In this document: positions 1 through 9,859 of the stretch, piece after piece
Layout: each line of letters opens with the position of its first letter
Numbering within the stretch: the stretch's first letter is position 1
IMG/VR virus record: IMGVR_UViG_3300043754_000129
Coordinates: 32,001 to 96,000 of that record
From: a virus
Lineage: Duplodnaviria; Caudoviricetes
Direction: 5' to 3' (one strand)
Length of the DNA stretch: 64,000 bases
Notes under the pieces: model-generated
Told to the model about the DNA's origin: nothing
Databases searched by the model: none
Seen by the model: the letters and a program-made list of their open reading frames with translations, nothing else
Position numbers and translations under genes: made by a program

Positions 1-954
1 CAAAGAATTATCCGCTGCTACCTCTCGCCTCGTGAGAATCAAGGCGATACGACGTTGGGGATTGCAGCGACGACTTCGCCCTTTGTGGACCCGCAACAAG
101 CGTTCATTCCACTCTTGACGAATACCTTGAAGGGTATCAATGGTTGGCAAGATGTCACCGTTCCCTACAACACCTCGCATGAGGGGTTATATAAGGAACA
201 GTACTCCATCGTCGACGGAGTGACGGACATTTATTCGGCATACGATATTACAGCCAATTTCCGCAACATTCCGGGCGATCCGATCACCGCAATGTTCTTC
301 TACTGGGCGCACTACATGAGCAATGTGTTCCAGGGGAACATGGTGCCGTACCCGGAGATGGTGGTGGAAAATGAGCTGGACTACCAGACGCGCATCTATC
401 GCCTGGTGCTTGATCCGAGCCGCACCTACGTCCAGAAAATCGGCGCGTGTGGGGCAGCGTTTCCGTATGCGAATCCCATTGGGGGTTCGTTCAACTATGA
501 TTCGGAAAAGCCCTACAACGACACGAATCAGGACATCAGCATTCCGTTCCATTGCGTGGGTGCGATCTACAACGATCCGATCCTGCTCTACACGTTCAAC
601 AAGACCGTGCAGGACTTCAATCACTCGATGACCGATGCGAACCGGGCGTCGATGAATACGAAGATCCCGATGGCGGCATTGCAGCTGTTTAACAACCGTG
701 GCTACCCGCGCATCAACCCGGACACGTGGGAGCTGGAGTGGTGGATCGATAACGCTACGTACAACCAAGTGCTGCCGGTCACCGAGATTGGCTTGCTCAC
801 GGGTACGCAGACGTTGCCCACGGGCCAGAGCACGCCGAGTGGCGTGACGAACTCGCAGATCTACACGGCCGGTCACACGCAACCTAGTGTGAATTCGAGC
901 TCGGTGAACAAGAACGTCATCCACAGCTTGCCGGTTACCCAGAACAACTCGTAA
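1..954 (+). CDS. Virion structural (baseplate/tail-associated) protein, 5'-truncated
   Basis: Frame 1 is open from base 1 (QRIIRCYLSP...) to TAA at 954. It is tightly linked to the 1005-aa gene that follows. Product inferred from phiKZ-like context only. Confidence 0.5.
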   Translation, partial: QRIIRCYLSPRENQGDTTLGIAATTSPFVDPQQAFIPLLTNTLKGINGWQDVTVPYNTSHEGLYKEQYSIVDGVTDIYSAYDITANFRNIPGDPITAMFFYWAHYMSNVFQGNMVPYPEMVVENELDYQTRIYRLVLDPSRTYVQKIGACGAAFPYANPIGGSFNYDSEKPYNDTNQDISIPFHCVGAIYNDPILLYTFNKTVQDFNHSMTDANRASMNTKIPMAALQLFNNRGYPRINPDTWELEWWIDNATYNQVLPVTEIGLLTGTQTLPTGQSTPSGVTNSQIYTAGHTQPSVNSSSVNKNVIHSLPVTQNNS

Positions 955-963
955 GGACTCTTC

Positions 964-3900
964 ATGGCAACAACCTCATCGGACGGCGTGAGCACCACGG
1001 CGGCAATGGTCGCCTCGCTCACGGTGCCTTCGGGCAGCCCGACGATCACGGACCTGATTAATAGCATCGTTAATTATCAGTACAATCCGGCGGGTATCCA
1101 ACAAGTCGCGTTCAACTACTTGAACGAAGTCACGGGTGGCGTGGTCAACATCGTCGACCCTTCCAATCCGTACGTGCATTCCATCGAGACGAGCGCGGTC
1201 AACACCGCGGCCTTCATGGAGAAGGTGCAGGCACTGTGGCGCAAGGGCTACTCGGTGTCGGCTGTCACCTACGCGGATCTGTATCCGCACATGTCGGACA
1301 CGGACTACGTGAATCGCTTTGCTTCGCCCGCCACCACGACGTGGACGCTGGCCTTTGGCGAGAACGAGCTGCTCAACAAGCTGGTTGCGGATCCGACGAC
1401 CGGTACGAAGAAGCTGACCATTCCGCGCAACACCTACTTCACAGTGGGCGAAGTGCAGTTCAGTCTCCAGTACCCGATCAACATCGTGCAGGCTGCGCAC
1501 GGTGGTTTGTCGGTGACCTACGACACGACGATTGCGAGTCCGCTGCAAACGCTGACCTCGAATCTCGTCGATTGGCAGTACCGTCAGGGTCAGGATCAGA
1601 ACTGGGTGTTCTTGACGTTCCCGGTGCAACAGTTCGACATCATCACCCGCACGGGTACCTGTTCGCCGAGCCGTCAGTTCAGCCAGACGATCCCGCTCAC
1701 GAACCAGTTCTACTACTGCCGGGTCTACGCGTTCAACTCGACGATCAGCAGCTGGGTGGAACTCCAGACGACGCACTCGTCCGAGATCTATGATCCGCTG
1801 ACGCCGACGGCCTTGCTGACGGTGGACACGGACATCGCTACGGGCGTGACGCAACTAGAAGTGAGTATTCCGCAGGTTTATACGGCCAGTGGTCTGTTGA
1901 ACCAGAACATCCGCATCGACGTGTACGAGACGCAAGGTCCGCTGAACATGAACCTGGCGAACTACGCTGCGTCCGCGTTTGCTGCGAACTTCTTCGCGAT
2001 CGACACGAACGACACGACGATGTTCACGACGCCGCTCAATACGTTCTCGGCGGTCCTGACGTATTCGGATTCGACGGTCATCGGTGGTACGAACTCGCAG
2101 AGCTTCCTCTCGCTGCGCCAGCAAGTGGATGACAACTCGGTAGGTCCGCAATCCCTGCCGATTACGCCGGCCCAGCTGCAAGACACGTTGAGCCAAGAAG
2201 GCTTTGGCGTGGTGAAGAACGTGGACAACATCACGAACCGGACGTACCTGGCCACGGCCCCGATGCCGCAGCCGACGGACAGCTCGTTGATTACCGCGGC
2301 CTGCTCCACGATCTCGACGATCGCATTGTCGGTGGCGCAAGCGGTTGCCAACAGCGCCGTGATCGATAACGGCTCGAGCGTGACGATTACGCCGAAGGCC
2401 GTGTACCAGAACGTGAACGGCGTGGTCTCGATGGTGAGCGATGAGGTGCTGAACCAGCTCGCTGCCATGACACCGACCAACCTGGCACTGGCTGTCAACT
2501 CCGGGAACTACTTCTGGAGCCCATGGCACTACGTGGTCGACATGACCAAGAACGAGTTGGCGCTGCGTCCGTACTACCTGAATTCGCCGGCTGTTGAGAC
2601 GAAGCTCTGGGTGGGCGAGAATGACACGACGCAACTCGAAGTGAGCACGAAGACGTACACGCTCTCGCAAACGGCTACGGGTTATCAGCTGGTATTGGCG
2701 ACGACGTCGAACACGGCCTACCAAGGTCTGGACGACAACCAAGTCTTCTGCCAGCTCTCGTTCATCCCGCCGGGTCAAACGGCGCGGGCTTATCTGAACG
2801 GCACGCTCACGGGCAAGACGAGCACGGGTGAGCGTCTCTTCACGTTCGATCTGTCGACGAACTACAACGTGGACGCCAACTCGAACTTGTACCTGACGAA
2901 GTTCTTCATGTACAACACGACGGCGGGTCAGCTGACGGCCTGTCCGCTGGAAGCCACGATCGATGTGGTCTACGGTACGACAGCCACGATGCCCTCGACG
3001 TGGGTGACGGATACCGTCGACACGAAGCTCGGTCGCTTCCTCTTGGGTGCGAACGCAGTCGGCGTCACGAACGAACAGCTCGTCATTGAGTTCGGTCAGT
3101 ATCTCGATACGCTTTGGGCAAGCGCACGGACGGTGGTCTCGACGGTGCAGTACCAGACCTACACGACCAACGTGCCGTACTACTACGAAGCGGACGTGTA
3201 TCAGCCGGACGCGACAACGGGTCTGCCGTTTAGCTACGTCGACAACGAGATCGTCTTCACGGTCTTGCACAAGAAGGGTGATCCGGTGCTCAACACCGAT
3301 GGCACGCCGAGCTACCGCTACCGTGTGGGGGATGTCATCCTCGACGGTCAAGGTAACCCGGTGCCGATCAGTCCGCGCAACCTCACGCGCAACCTGGACA
3401 TCATGCTCATCGAAGCGGCGTATCGCTTTGCCAATGACACGGTGGCCCCGGCCTACGTGAGTCAGTTGCTCACGACGGTGACGGGTTGGTTGACTGGTGA
3501 ATTCGAGACGCTCAACAAGTCGTTGCTCGAACAGACGGAGCTGTACTACTACCCGGTGTCCAACATCGGTAGCGTGCAGGTCTATGGCCAGGATGGCAGC
3601 ATCTACAACCTGGATGCGGGTCAGAGCTTTGTGGTTACCTGCTACGTCGCGCCGAACGTCTTCGCTAACGAGACGCTCAAGGGACAATTGCAGACGGCTA
3701 CGATCAGCACGATCAGCGAGGCACTGGCCAATACGGTGGTGTCGGATTCGCAGATCAATGCAGCCCTGAATGCGATCTACGGCACGGATGTGATCAGCTT
3801 CACGTTCTCGGGGTTGGGTAATGGGAAGGCGAACTTCTCGACGCTCACGCTCGTGAACGACAGCGCGCAACTCGGTATTGCGAAGGAGCTCATTGTGAAC

Positions 3901-3981
3901 GCCAACGGTACGCTCAGCGTGCAAGAAGCGGTGACGGTGAACTTCGTCTCGTACGCTCCGGGTGGTAACGCGGTCGCTTAA
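964..3981 (+). CDS. Large virion structural protein, baseplate wedge-like
   Basis: 1005-aa T/V/S-rich beta-type ORF with strong codon bias, followed by a terminator. Function is inferred. Confidence 0.5.
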   Translation: MATTSSDGVSTTAAMVASLTVPSGSPTITDLINSIVNYQYNPAGIQQVAFNYLNEVTGGVVNIVDPSNPYVHSIETSAVNTAAFMEKVQALWRKGYSVSAVTYADLYPHMSDTDYVNRFASPATTTWTLAFGENELLNKLVADPTTGTKKLTIPRNTYFTVGEVQFSLQYPINIVQAAHGGLSVTYDTTIASPLQTLTSNLVDWQYRQGQDQNWVFLTFPVQQFDIITRTGTCSPSRQFSQTIPLTNQFYYCRVYAFNSTISSWVELQTTHSSEIYDPLTPTALLTVDTDIATGVTQLEVSIPQVYTASGLLNQNIRIDVYETQGPLNMNLANYAASAFAANFFAIDTNDTTMFTTPLNTFSAVLTYSDSTVIGGTNSQSFLSLRQQVDDNSVGPQSLPITPAQLQDTLSQEGFGVVKNVDNITNRTYLATAPMPQPTDSSLITAACSTISTIALSVAQAVANSAVIDNGSSVTITPKAVYQNVNGVVSMVSDEVLNQLAAMTPTNLALAVNSGNYFWSPWHYVVDMTKNELALRPYYLNSPAVETKLWVGENDTTQLEVSTKTYTLSQTATGYQLVLATTSNTAYQGLDDNQVFCQLSFIPPGQTARAYLNGTLTGKTSTGERLFTFDLSTNYNVDANSNLYLTKFFMYNTTAGQLTACPLEATIDVVYGTTATMPSTWVTDTVDTKLGRFLLGANAVGVTNEQLVIEFGQYLDTLWASARTVVSTVQYQTYTTNVPYYYEADVYQPDATTGLPFSYVDNEIVFTVLHKKGDPVLNTDGTPSYRYRVGDVILDGQGNPVPISPRNLTRNLDIMLIEAAYRFANDTVAPAYVSQLLTTVTGWLTGEFETLNKSLLEQTELYYYPVSNIGSVQVYGQDGSIYNLDAGQSFVVTCYVAPNVFANETLKGQLQTATISTISEALANTVVSDSQINAALNAIYGTDVISFTFSGLGNGKANFSTLTLVNDSAQLGIAKELIVNANGTLSVQEAVTVNFVSYAPGGNAVA

Positions 3982-3986
3982 GGAAG

Positions 3987-4025
3987 CGGCATAAAGGCCC
4001 GGCATTGCGCCGGGCTAATATGCCG
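3987..4025. terminator. Bidirectional hairpin terminator
   Basis: CGGCATAAA-GGCCCGG-CATTGCG-CCGGGCT-AATATGCCG lies between convergent genes. Confidence 0.75.
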
Positions 4026-4030
4026 TCAAC

Positions 4031-5422
4031 TTACATCGGCTTGACAAAGCGTTTGAATTCCTTGTCGACTGCCTTGAGCTCGTGCGCGACCGAGGTCCAG
4101 CGTGCCAGGTTGCCCCCGTCTTGATTCAGACCGTGAACGGCCAGACGCGTAGCAATGGCTGCCGCAAACCCCGCAGCATTCGACGCCATATGCAGGAGTC
4201 GATTCTGGAAGCTCATCAGCTCACCGGTGATGCTGATCATCGACGCCACATCTTGACCGAGCACAAAGATCGCTTGACGCAACGCTTGACCCAACATGGT
4301 CGAGTGCTGGCCGCGCTTGCCGTCGCTGTGGTAGTTGCCCGAGGTACGCTCCAGCGACTGGAGTTCGTTCTTCGTATTCTCCAACAGCGGCATCGTCGTG
4401 TTCAGGGCACTGAGGCTCTCGACCACGTCTTCCCGGTTGAACGCTTGGCTCATCACCTGAAAGAGTTGGTCAAAGGAGATCGGACCTTCCACTTCCTGGA
4501 CGCTCGTTGCATGCGCCAGATTGTAGATGTACTGCTTGATCTCCGGCAGTGTTTGCTCCACTTCCTTGAAGCGCACCACCATTGGCTCCGTAAGCACCTG
4601 GAGAGCCCGCAGGTTGGCCGCGTCGGCCGTGTTGCTGTCATCGGTCAGGTTCAGACGCGAGACCGCTTCCAGGGCCGTTAGACGCTGACGCAGCACCACT
4701 TGCAAATTGCTGAACAACACACTCAGCTGCGCCATCTCCGTGCTGTACTCGCCCCTGTGGACGATGTCGTGGAAGAACGGATCCTTCGTTTGCAGGAAAC
4801 GGGCGATGCGTTGGTCGTGGGCGTTGTCCTTGAAGAGTTGCTCGATCGCTTTGTCCAGTGAGTAGACTTCGCGGTTCGGGGCGTCCTTCAAGTAGATGTA
4901 CTGGCCACTCGTGCTCGTCACGGCTTCGTTCACGAGGGTCTCGCAGCGCTTGAGGAGCTTCTTCGTTTCCTCGAGCTCTGCGATGCTATCCTTCACAGCT
5001 TCTTCAGGAGAGGCTGCGTCCTTGCGACCCATGAGCCACTTGAAGAACTTCACAATGGCCATGACGATCGCAGCAATGCCAGCGGCAATCAGACTCCACA
5101 CGCCTGCACTCAGTTCTTCCAACGCTACACCGTAGCGGGTCTTACTGGGGTTGACTGTGTAGTAGCCGATCGGACGCTGACCGTCGAACTCAGGCAGCAA
5201 GCGCTGGGCTTCCAGGGCAAACTGCTGGCTCATGCCCTTCGAATCAAGAAGGGCTGCGCGCAAGACTTCCAGATCCTCGATGCGGGCTTCCAGTGCACCC
5301 AAGCCGTCGAGTTCCTCCAGAAGATCGGGAGCAACGCCTGTACCGACCGTTTCCACGATCTGCGGCACCAACTCCCAATCTGCATCGTAATCAAGCGCCG
5401 TGTTCAGGCGCTGATTAAACAT
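4031..5422 (-). CDS. Probable internal head/ejection protein
   Basis: 463 aa. 'VALEE' (AxE-type prohead-protease site, inferred) is followed by the hydrophobic helix LIAAGIAAIVMAIVKFFKWL, a pattern typical of phiKZ-like head protein families. Confidence 0.5.
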   Translation of the reverse strand: MFNQRLNTALDYDADWELVPQIVETVGTGVAPDLLEELDGLGALEARIEDLEVLRAALLDSKGMSQQFALEAQRLLPEFDGQRPIGYYTVNPSKTRYGVALEELSAGVWSLIAAGIAAIVMAIVKFFKWLMGRKDAASPEEAVKDSIAELEETKKLLKRCETLVNEAVTSTSGQYIYLKDAPNREVYSLDKAIEQLFKDNAHDQRIARFLQTKDPFFHDIVHRGEYSTEMAQLSVLFSNLQVVLRQRLTALEAVSRLNLTDDSNTADAANLRALQVLTEPMVVRFKEVEQTLPEIKQYIYNLAHATSVQEVEGPISFDQLFQVMSQAFNREDVVESLSALNTTMPLLENTKNELQSLERTSGNYHSDGKRGQHSTMLGQALRQAIFVLGQDVASMISITGELMSFQNRLLHMASNAAGFAAAIATRLAVHGLNQDGGNLARWTSVAHELKAVDKEFKRFVKPM

Positions 5423-5867
5423 TGCCCTGGATCGCCTTGATCACCGACGACGCTGCGATCTGGATCGCGAAGATCTGCTGCTTGTACTGGTTGTTGAAGC
5501 AGCGCGACTCTTGGTCGACGAAGCGTGCGCAACCGAGCACGTTGTCGTAGAAGCCGATCGAGGCGTCGTAGACGGGCACGTCAGCCGGGTGAGCAGCCGT
5601 GTAGCGCAGCATCCAGAACTCGCGCACTTCGTCCAGGCATTCCTTGACGTCGAACACGCATTCCTCGTTGAACGCGCCGATGAGTTCCTTGGCGATCTGG
5701 AGGTTGTTGTAGTTGTAGTACTGGCCCGGGGCGTCCGTGCACGCCGTCGGGAGCGCCAGCGCGCGAGCGACTGCCATGGCCACACCGGCAGCGATGACGC
5801 AACGGCGGTCCGCTCCCATGTCTTGGGCGTTGACCGTCTGGATAAAACGAAGGAAAGACACGTTCAT
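5415..5867 (-). CDS. Hypothetical protein
   Basis: 150-aa ORF overlapping the next gene by 8 nt (coupled operon). Confidence 0.7.
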   Translation of the reverse strand: MNVSFLRFIQTVNAQDMGADRRCVIAAGVAMAVARALALPTACTDAPGQYYNYNNLQIAKELIGAFNEECVFDVKECLDEVREFWMLRYTAAHPADVPVYDASIGFYDNVLGCARFVDQESRCFNNQYKQQIFAIQIAASSVIKAIQGNV

Positions 5868-5891
5868 GATTTTCTCTCTGATGAAGATGGG

Positions 5892-7190
5892 TTAGGCACC
5901 GAGTTGCTTCAGTGCAGCCGAGCGCACGAACAGGTCGTTGTGCGCCAGGTCTTCGAGTTGACGTTGCAGCTTTTCCTGGCTGATTCGCTTGCGCTGAACC
6001 GGCGAGAGGAAGTCGTAGACGTAGCCGAGCAGCTGTTGCTTTTCGGTGAAGCCGTTGAGCACGTCGTCGATGACCTGGATGTCTTGCGCCAGTTGCGCCT
6101 GACGATCCAGATCCTTGTTGACCTTCATCTCGGCGACGAGTTGATCGCGCATGCGACCGTAACGCGTCTTGAGCGTGCCGTACAGGGTGTCGCTTGCTTC
6201 GACGCCGTCATTCAGACAGAGAATGAGCGTGAAGAGCAGCGACGAGCCGAGCGTGAGTGGCGCCAGGATGACGCAGCCGATCTTCATGGCTTCGACGTAG
6301 AGCCAGAACGGCCAGCTGCGGTACTTGATCGAGTTGTGCTCACGGTAGAGCTTGTCGAGGAACGTGGTGACGTCGCGTGCTGCGCCTTGGCGAGCGGCGA
6401 ACTGGTCAGCCAGCACTTCCCAGCCGTTGATGTCGAAGATGTTCGAACCGATCTCGCTGCGCAGCTCGCGCACATACGTCGAGATCAGCACGATCTCCGT
6501 GATCTTGCGGTTGTTGGACTTGGCGAGCGCTTCGGCGTCAAGTTCCTTCATCTTCATCTGGGACTTGATCTTCGTGAGGATGACTTCACGGTCCTTCACG
6601 CTCGTCGGCGTATCGTACGTCTTCGAGATGGCCTGGAGGATGAAGTTCGACGTCATCGTCGCCGCCAGGTATTCGAAGAAGCTGAAGAGGTGGCCCAGCT
6701 CGTGCAGGATACCCGCGGCTTTCTCCGCCGCCGTAAAACGACGGGAGACGAGCAGAGCAGCCGGCAGCAACAGCTGGCAAGCCATCTCGCTGAACACGCC
6801 ACCCACCTTGCCGCGCTTCAGGTCCACCGTGCCGATTGCCTTCTTGCTCGGATCGCTGAGAATCTTATCCGCGTCAGCCGTGCCAATCGCTTCCCGGATC
6901 CACAGGTCCAGGCGGTTCCAGAACACGTGGTTCGGGTTGGCCACCGGCGGGCAGCAGGCGAGGTCGCCGACGTCACCGGCCCAGCTCACGAGCAGTTGCA
7001 AGCCGGTGTGCGCCTTGATGACCGCGGGGAGGGTCAGTGCCAGCTCATGATCCGGGATGTCGCGCTCGGGGATCTTTTCGAATTCGGTGATGAGATTGGT
7101 CAGCTCTTTGAAAAGCTGTTGGTCGCGCTGGAATTCGATCGATTCCAGGGCCAAGGTGTCCCCTTGAAAAAGGCTGAGTCGTCGCCGCAT
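5892..7190 (-). CDS. Zincin-like metallopeptidase domain protein, probably virion-associated
   Basis: HExxH motif ILHELGHLF plus downstream EVLADQFA. ATG at 7190 has an AAGGA RBS. 'LALES' near the N-terminus resembles a protease processing site. Confidence 0.65.
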   Translation of the reverse strand: MRRRLSLFQGDTLALESIEFQRDQQLFKELTNLITEFEKIPERDIPDHELALTLPAVIKAHTGLQLLVSWAGDVGDLACCPPVANPNHVFWNRLDLWIREAIGTADADKILSDPSKKAIGTVDLKRGKVGGVFSEMACQLLLPAALLVSRRFTAAEKAAGILHELGHLFSFFEYLAATMTSNFILQAISKTYDTPTSVKDREVILTKIKSQMKMKELDAEALAKSNNRKITEIVLISTYVRELRSEIGSNIFDINGWEVLADQFAARQGAARDVTTFLDKLYREHNSIKYRSWPFWLYVEAMKIGCVILAPLTLGSSLLFTLILCLNDGVEASDTLYGTLKTRYGRMRDQLVAEMKVNKDLDRQAQLAQDIQVIDDVLNGFTEKQQLLGYVYDFLSPVQRKRISQEKLQRQLEDLAHNDLFVRSAALKQLGA

Positions 7191-7315
7191 GGCAGGCTTC
7201 CTTGAGTTGAATGTAGAAACTAACCTAGCGGTCTCATGCTGTAGACGCAGCAAAGCTCAGCTAGTGGAGTCAAAAGATTGACGTCACGAACGGGAATAAC
7301 CAAGGATTAAAACAC

Positions 7316-9115
7316 ATGAGTGAAGTCGTAGCTCTCCCGGACGGAGTGAAGGGGTATCAGTGCAAGTTTGCAGTGTATTGCCCGCCTCCTAAAGGCATGC
7401 GAGATGATTATCATCTCGTGAAAGAAACGATCCACAAGACGGATGGCTCGACTGAGCCGGCTGTCCGCATGATCAAGAATTACAAGCGTCCGATCTGGCG
7501 CACGAAGAAGGGATACCAGAATCACCAGGATCCCAAGGAATGGGAAGACATCGTCAAGCTGGACCGGTTTGACACGACCCAATCCGAACTCGACTTCACG
7601 ATCAAGAAGTCCCTCGGTATGCTCTGGCACAAGGGCGATCCGCGTGAACTCCGTAAGTCCCCGTACCTGTACGGTGTGGACTTGCTCTCGACGTGCGTGG
7701 TCAAGAAAGCGTACATCGATAAGTACCCGGGCATGAACGCCGTTTATGACGTCGCCGCATTCGACGTGGAAACGGACGTGGTGAACGGTACCGACCAGAT
7801 TACGATGGCGACGATCTCCTACCGGGATCGCGTGGTGACCGCGGTGCAGAAGTCCTTCCTCGAAGGCTTTGCCATGGTGGATCGCCGTCTGCAAGAGCTC
7901 TTCGATAAACACATCGGAGACGTCTACGCAGATCGCAACATCAAGTGGTCATTGGAAGTCGTCGATTGTGAGATCGATGTCATCCGGGCCTGCTTTAAGA
8001 AAGCCCATGAATGGAAGCCTGACTTCATGGCCATCTGGAACATCGACTTCGATATGTCCAAGATGTTGAAAGCCTGTGAGCGCAGTGGCTGGCGCCCTGA
8101 GGACATCTTCTGCGATCCGGCGGTGCCGCTCGACTATCGGTACTTCCGTTACAAGAAGGGTCCGAACATGAAGGTGACGGCATCGAACAAGAAGATGCCG
8201 ATTCCGCCTCAAGCGCAGTGGCACACGGTCTTCTGTCCGGCCTCGTTCTACTTCATTGACGCGATGTGCGTGTACTGGAATCTGCGCTCCCAAAAGGGCA
8301 AGGATCCGTCCTATTCCCTTGATGCGATTCTGAACAAGACGTTCAAGGGCAAGGTGCGCAAGCTCAAGTTCGAAGAAGGCGCTCACCTGCGCGGGATCGA
8401 CTGGCACAAATTCATGCAGACGAAGCACAAGCTCGAATACGTGATCTACAACGCGTTCGACTGTATCGGCATGGAGATCCTCGACGAAGAGACGAAGGAC
8501 TTACGTCTGACTATGCCGTCGTTTGCGGAATGGACGGACTTCGCGAACTTCAACTCGCAACCGCGCCGACTCGTCGACAAGCTGCACTATTTCTGTCTGG
8601 ACCACGGCAAGGTGATCGGTATAACGTCGGACTTGATCAAGTCCGACTTCGACGCGATGACAACTAAGCTGGGGGGCTGGATCGTCACACTACCGGCACA
8701 CTTGGTAGCGGACAATGGGGTTCAGGTGATCGAGGAAGATCCGCACCTGCGCACCAACATTCGGCTTCACGTGGGAGACTTGGACGTCTCGGCGTCTTAC
8801 CCGAACGGCGAGTGTGTGTACAACATCAGCAAGGAGACCACCAAGAAGGAAATGATCTCCATTGAGGGTGTGAGCAATCGCACGCAACGCCTGCAAGGGA
8901 TCAACTTCTCCGGCGGCTACAGTAACGCCATCGAGTTCTGCACGGACCTCTTTGGTATGCCAACTCTCGATACCTGGTTGGGTGCGTTCGCCCCGACCGT
9001 GGGTCAGCACTTCACGATTCCGTTCTACCGTAATCTCGCGCGCATTGAAGGCGGGGACGATACCTTCGGCGATGCACTCGATGACGAAGATGAAGGGGAT
9101 GATGACGAGGATTAA
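7316..9115 (+). CDS. Family-B DNA polymerase, exonuclease plus motif-A subunit (phiKZ gp82-like)
   Basis: ExoI FDVETD, ExoII WNIDFD, ExoIII YNAFD, and PolB motif A DLDVSASYPN...NISKET. Motifs B and C are absent. Confidence 0.8.
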   Translation: MSEVVALPDGVKGYQCKFAVYCPPPKGMRDDYHLVKETIHKTDGSTEPAVRMIKNYKRPIWRTKKGYQNHQDPKEWEDIVKLDRFDTTQSELDFTIKKSLGMLWHKGDPRELRKSPYLYGVDLLSTCVVKKAYIDKYPGMNAVYDVAAFDVETDVVNGTDQITMATISYRDRVVTAVQKSFLEGFAMVDRRLQELFDKHIGDVYADRNIKWSLEVVDCEIDVIRACFKKAHEWKPDFMAIWNIDFDMSKMLKACERSGWRPEDIFCDPAVPLDYRYFRYKKGPNMKVTASNKKMPIPPQAQWHTVFCPASFYFIDAMCVYWNLRSQKGKDPSYSLDAILNKTFKGKVRKLKFEEGAHLRGIDWHKFMQTKHKLEYVIYNAFDCIGMEILDEETKDLRLTMPSFAEWTDFANFNSQPRRLVDKLHYFCLDHGKVIGITSDLIKSDFDAMTTKLGGWIVTLPAHLVADNGVQVIEEDPHLRTNIRLHVGDLDVSASYPNGECVYNISKETTKKEMISIEGVSNRTQRLQGINFSGGYSNAIEFCTDLFGMPTLDTWLGAFAPTVGQHFTIPFYRNLARIEGGDDTFGDALDDEDEGDDDED

Positions 9116-9118
9116 GTA

Positions 9119-9598
9119 ATGAAGAAGACGGTTGAGATCCCGATGCACTCGCTGGAGGATCTCATGACCTGGCACGCGCAGCAAGCGTCCCGCTTTGAGA
9201 ATCTGGCTGAGGAGCACAAGAAGAAGTACGAGCCTCTTGGTCGTTACGGGGAAAGTGTGGTGCGCGGGGATTATCGCAAAGCCACCTTTCACCGGATGGC
9301 GGAAACGGTCTGTGCCAATGCAATTGTTGCGAGAGGACAAGGAGATGTGTTCGCAAATAAACGTCCCCTTGCGGGACCTGGAGGATGTGTTGGACTGGCA
9401 CCTCACCCAGCTGGAGCGGGAGCAGACGCGGTTTGCATCGCGCCCGACGGACCCGAGGTATGCGGGCTTCCCGAGACAGATCCAACGCATGCAACGCATG
9501 GATCGGAAGAAGATCGTCTTTCACCAACGTATCTCGAAGATCTTGCAAAGCGCGCTCGAGCAACTCCGGGCTCCTTCTGGCCCAGCACCGGTACCTGA
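9119..9598 (+). CDS. Small hypothetical protein, WHxxQ...FH family copy 1
   Basis: Starts 4 nt after the upstream stop. LEDLMTWHAQQ...TFHR. The C-terminal half overlaps copy 2 in another frame. Confidence 0.5.
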   Translation: MKKTVEIPMHSLEDLMTWHAQQASRFENLAEEHKKKYEPLGRYGESVVRGDYRKATFHRMAETVCANAIVARGQGDVFANKRPLAGPGGCVGLAPHPAGAGADAVCIAPDGPEVCGLPETDPTHATHGSEEDRLSPTYLEDLAKRARATPGSFWPSTGT

Positions 9599-9641
9599 AA
9601 ATGATCAAGCTTGCCCAAGTAGTCATCAAGACCCCGCGTGA
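9345..9641 (+). CDS. Small hypothetical protein, WHxxQ...FH family copy 2
   Basis: ATG 9345 preceded by GAGAGGA. LEDVLDWHLTQ...VFHQ. Confidence 0.55.
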   Translation: MCSQINVPLRDLEDVLDWHLTQLEREQTRFASRPTDPRYAGFPRQIQRMQRMDRKKIVFHQRISKILQSALEQLRAPSGPAPVPENDQACPSSHQDPA

Positions 9642-9804
9642 CGTGTACGACTGGCACGTCTCTCAGGTAGCGCATCACATGGAAGCGATCAAGAAGATGA
9701 ACAGTGATCCCCGTGTGAAGGACGGCAACAAGCTGCTCCAGAAGCATTTGGATCAGGTACAGTTCCATCAGTCGATTGCCAACGTGCTCCAAGCCACGCT
9801 GTAA
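9601..9804 (+). CDS. Small hypothetical protein, WHxxQ...FH family copy 3
   Basis: ATG 9601 lies 2 nt after the TGA of copy 1. RDVYDWHVSQ...QFHQ. Followed by a terminator. Confidence 0.6.
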   Translation: MIKLAQVVIKTPRDVYDWHVSQVAHHMEAIKKMNSDPRVKDGNKLLQKHLDQVQFHQSIANVLQATL

Positions 9805-9810
9805 AGCGAA

Positions 9811-9848
9811 CAGCATAGAAGCCCGGGTCGCCCCGGGCCTTTATGCCG
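9811..9848. terminator. Bidirectional hairpin terminator
   Basis: GCCCGGG-TCGC-CCCGGGC followed by CTTTATGCCG, between convergent genes. Confidence 0.75.
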
Positions 9849-9859
9849 TCTCGGCGCGT

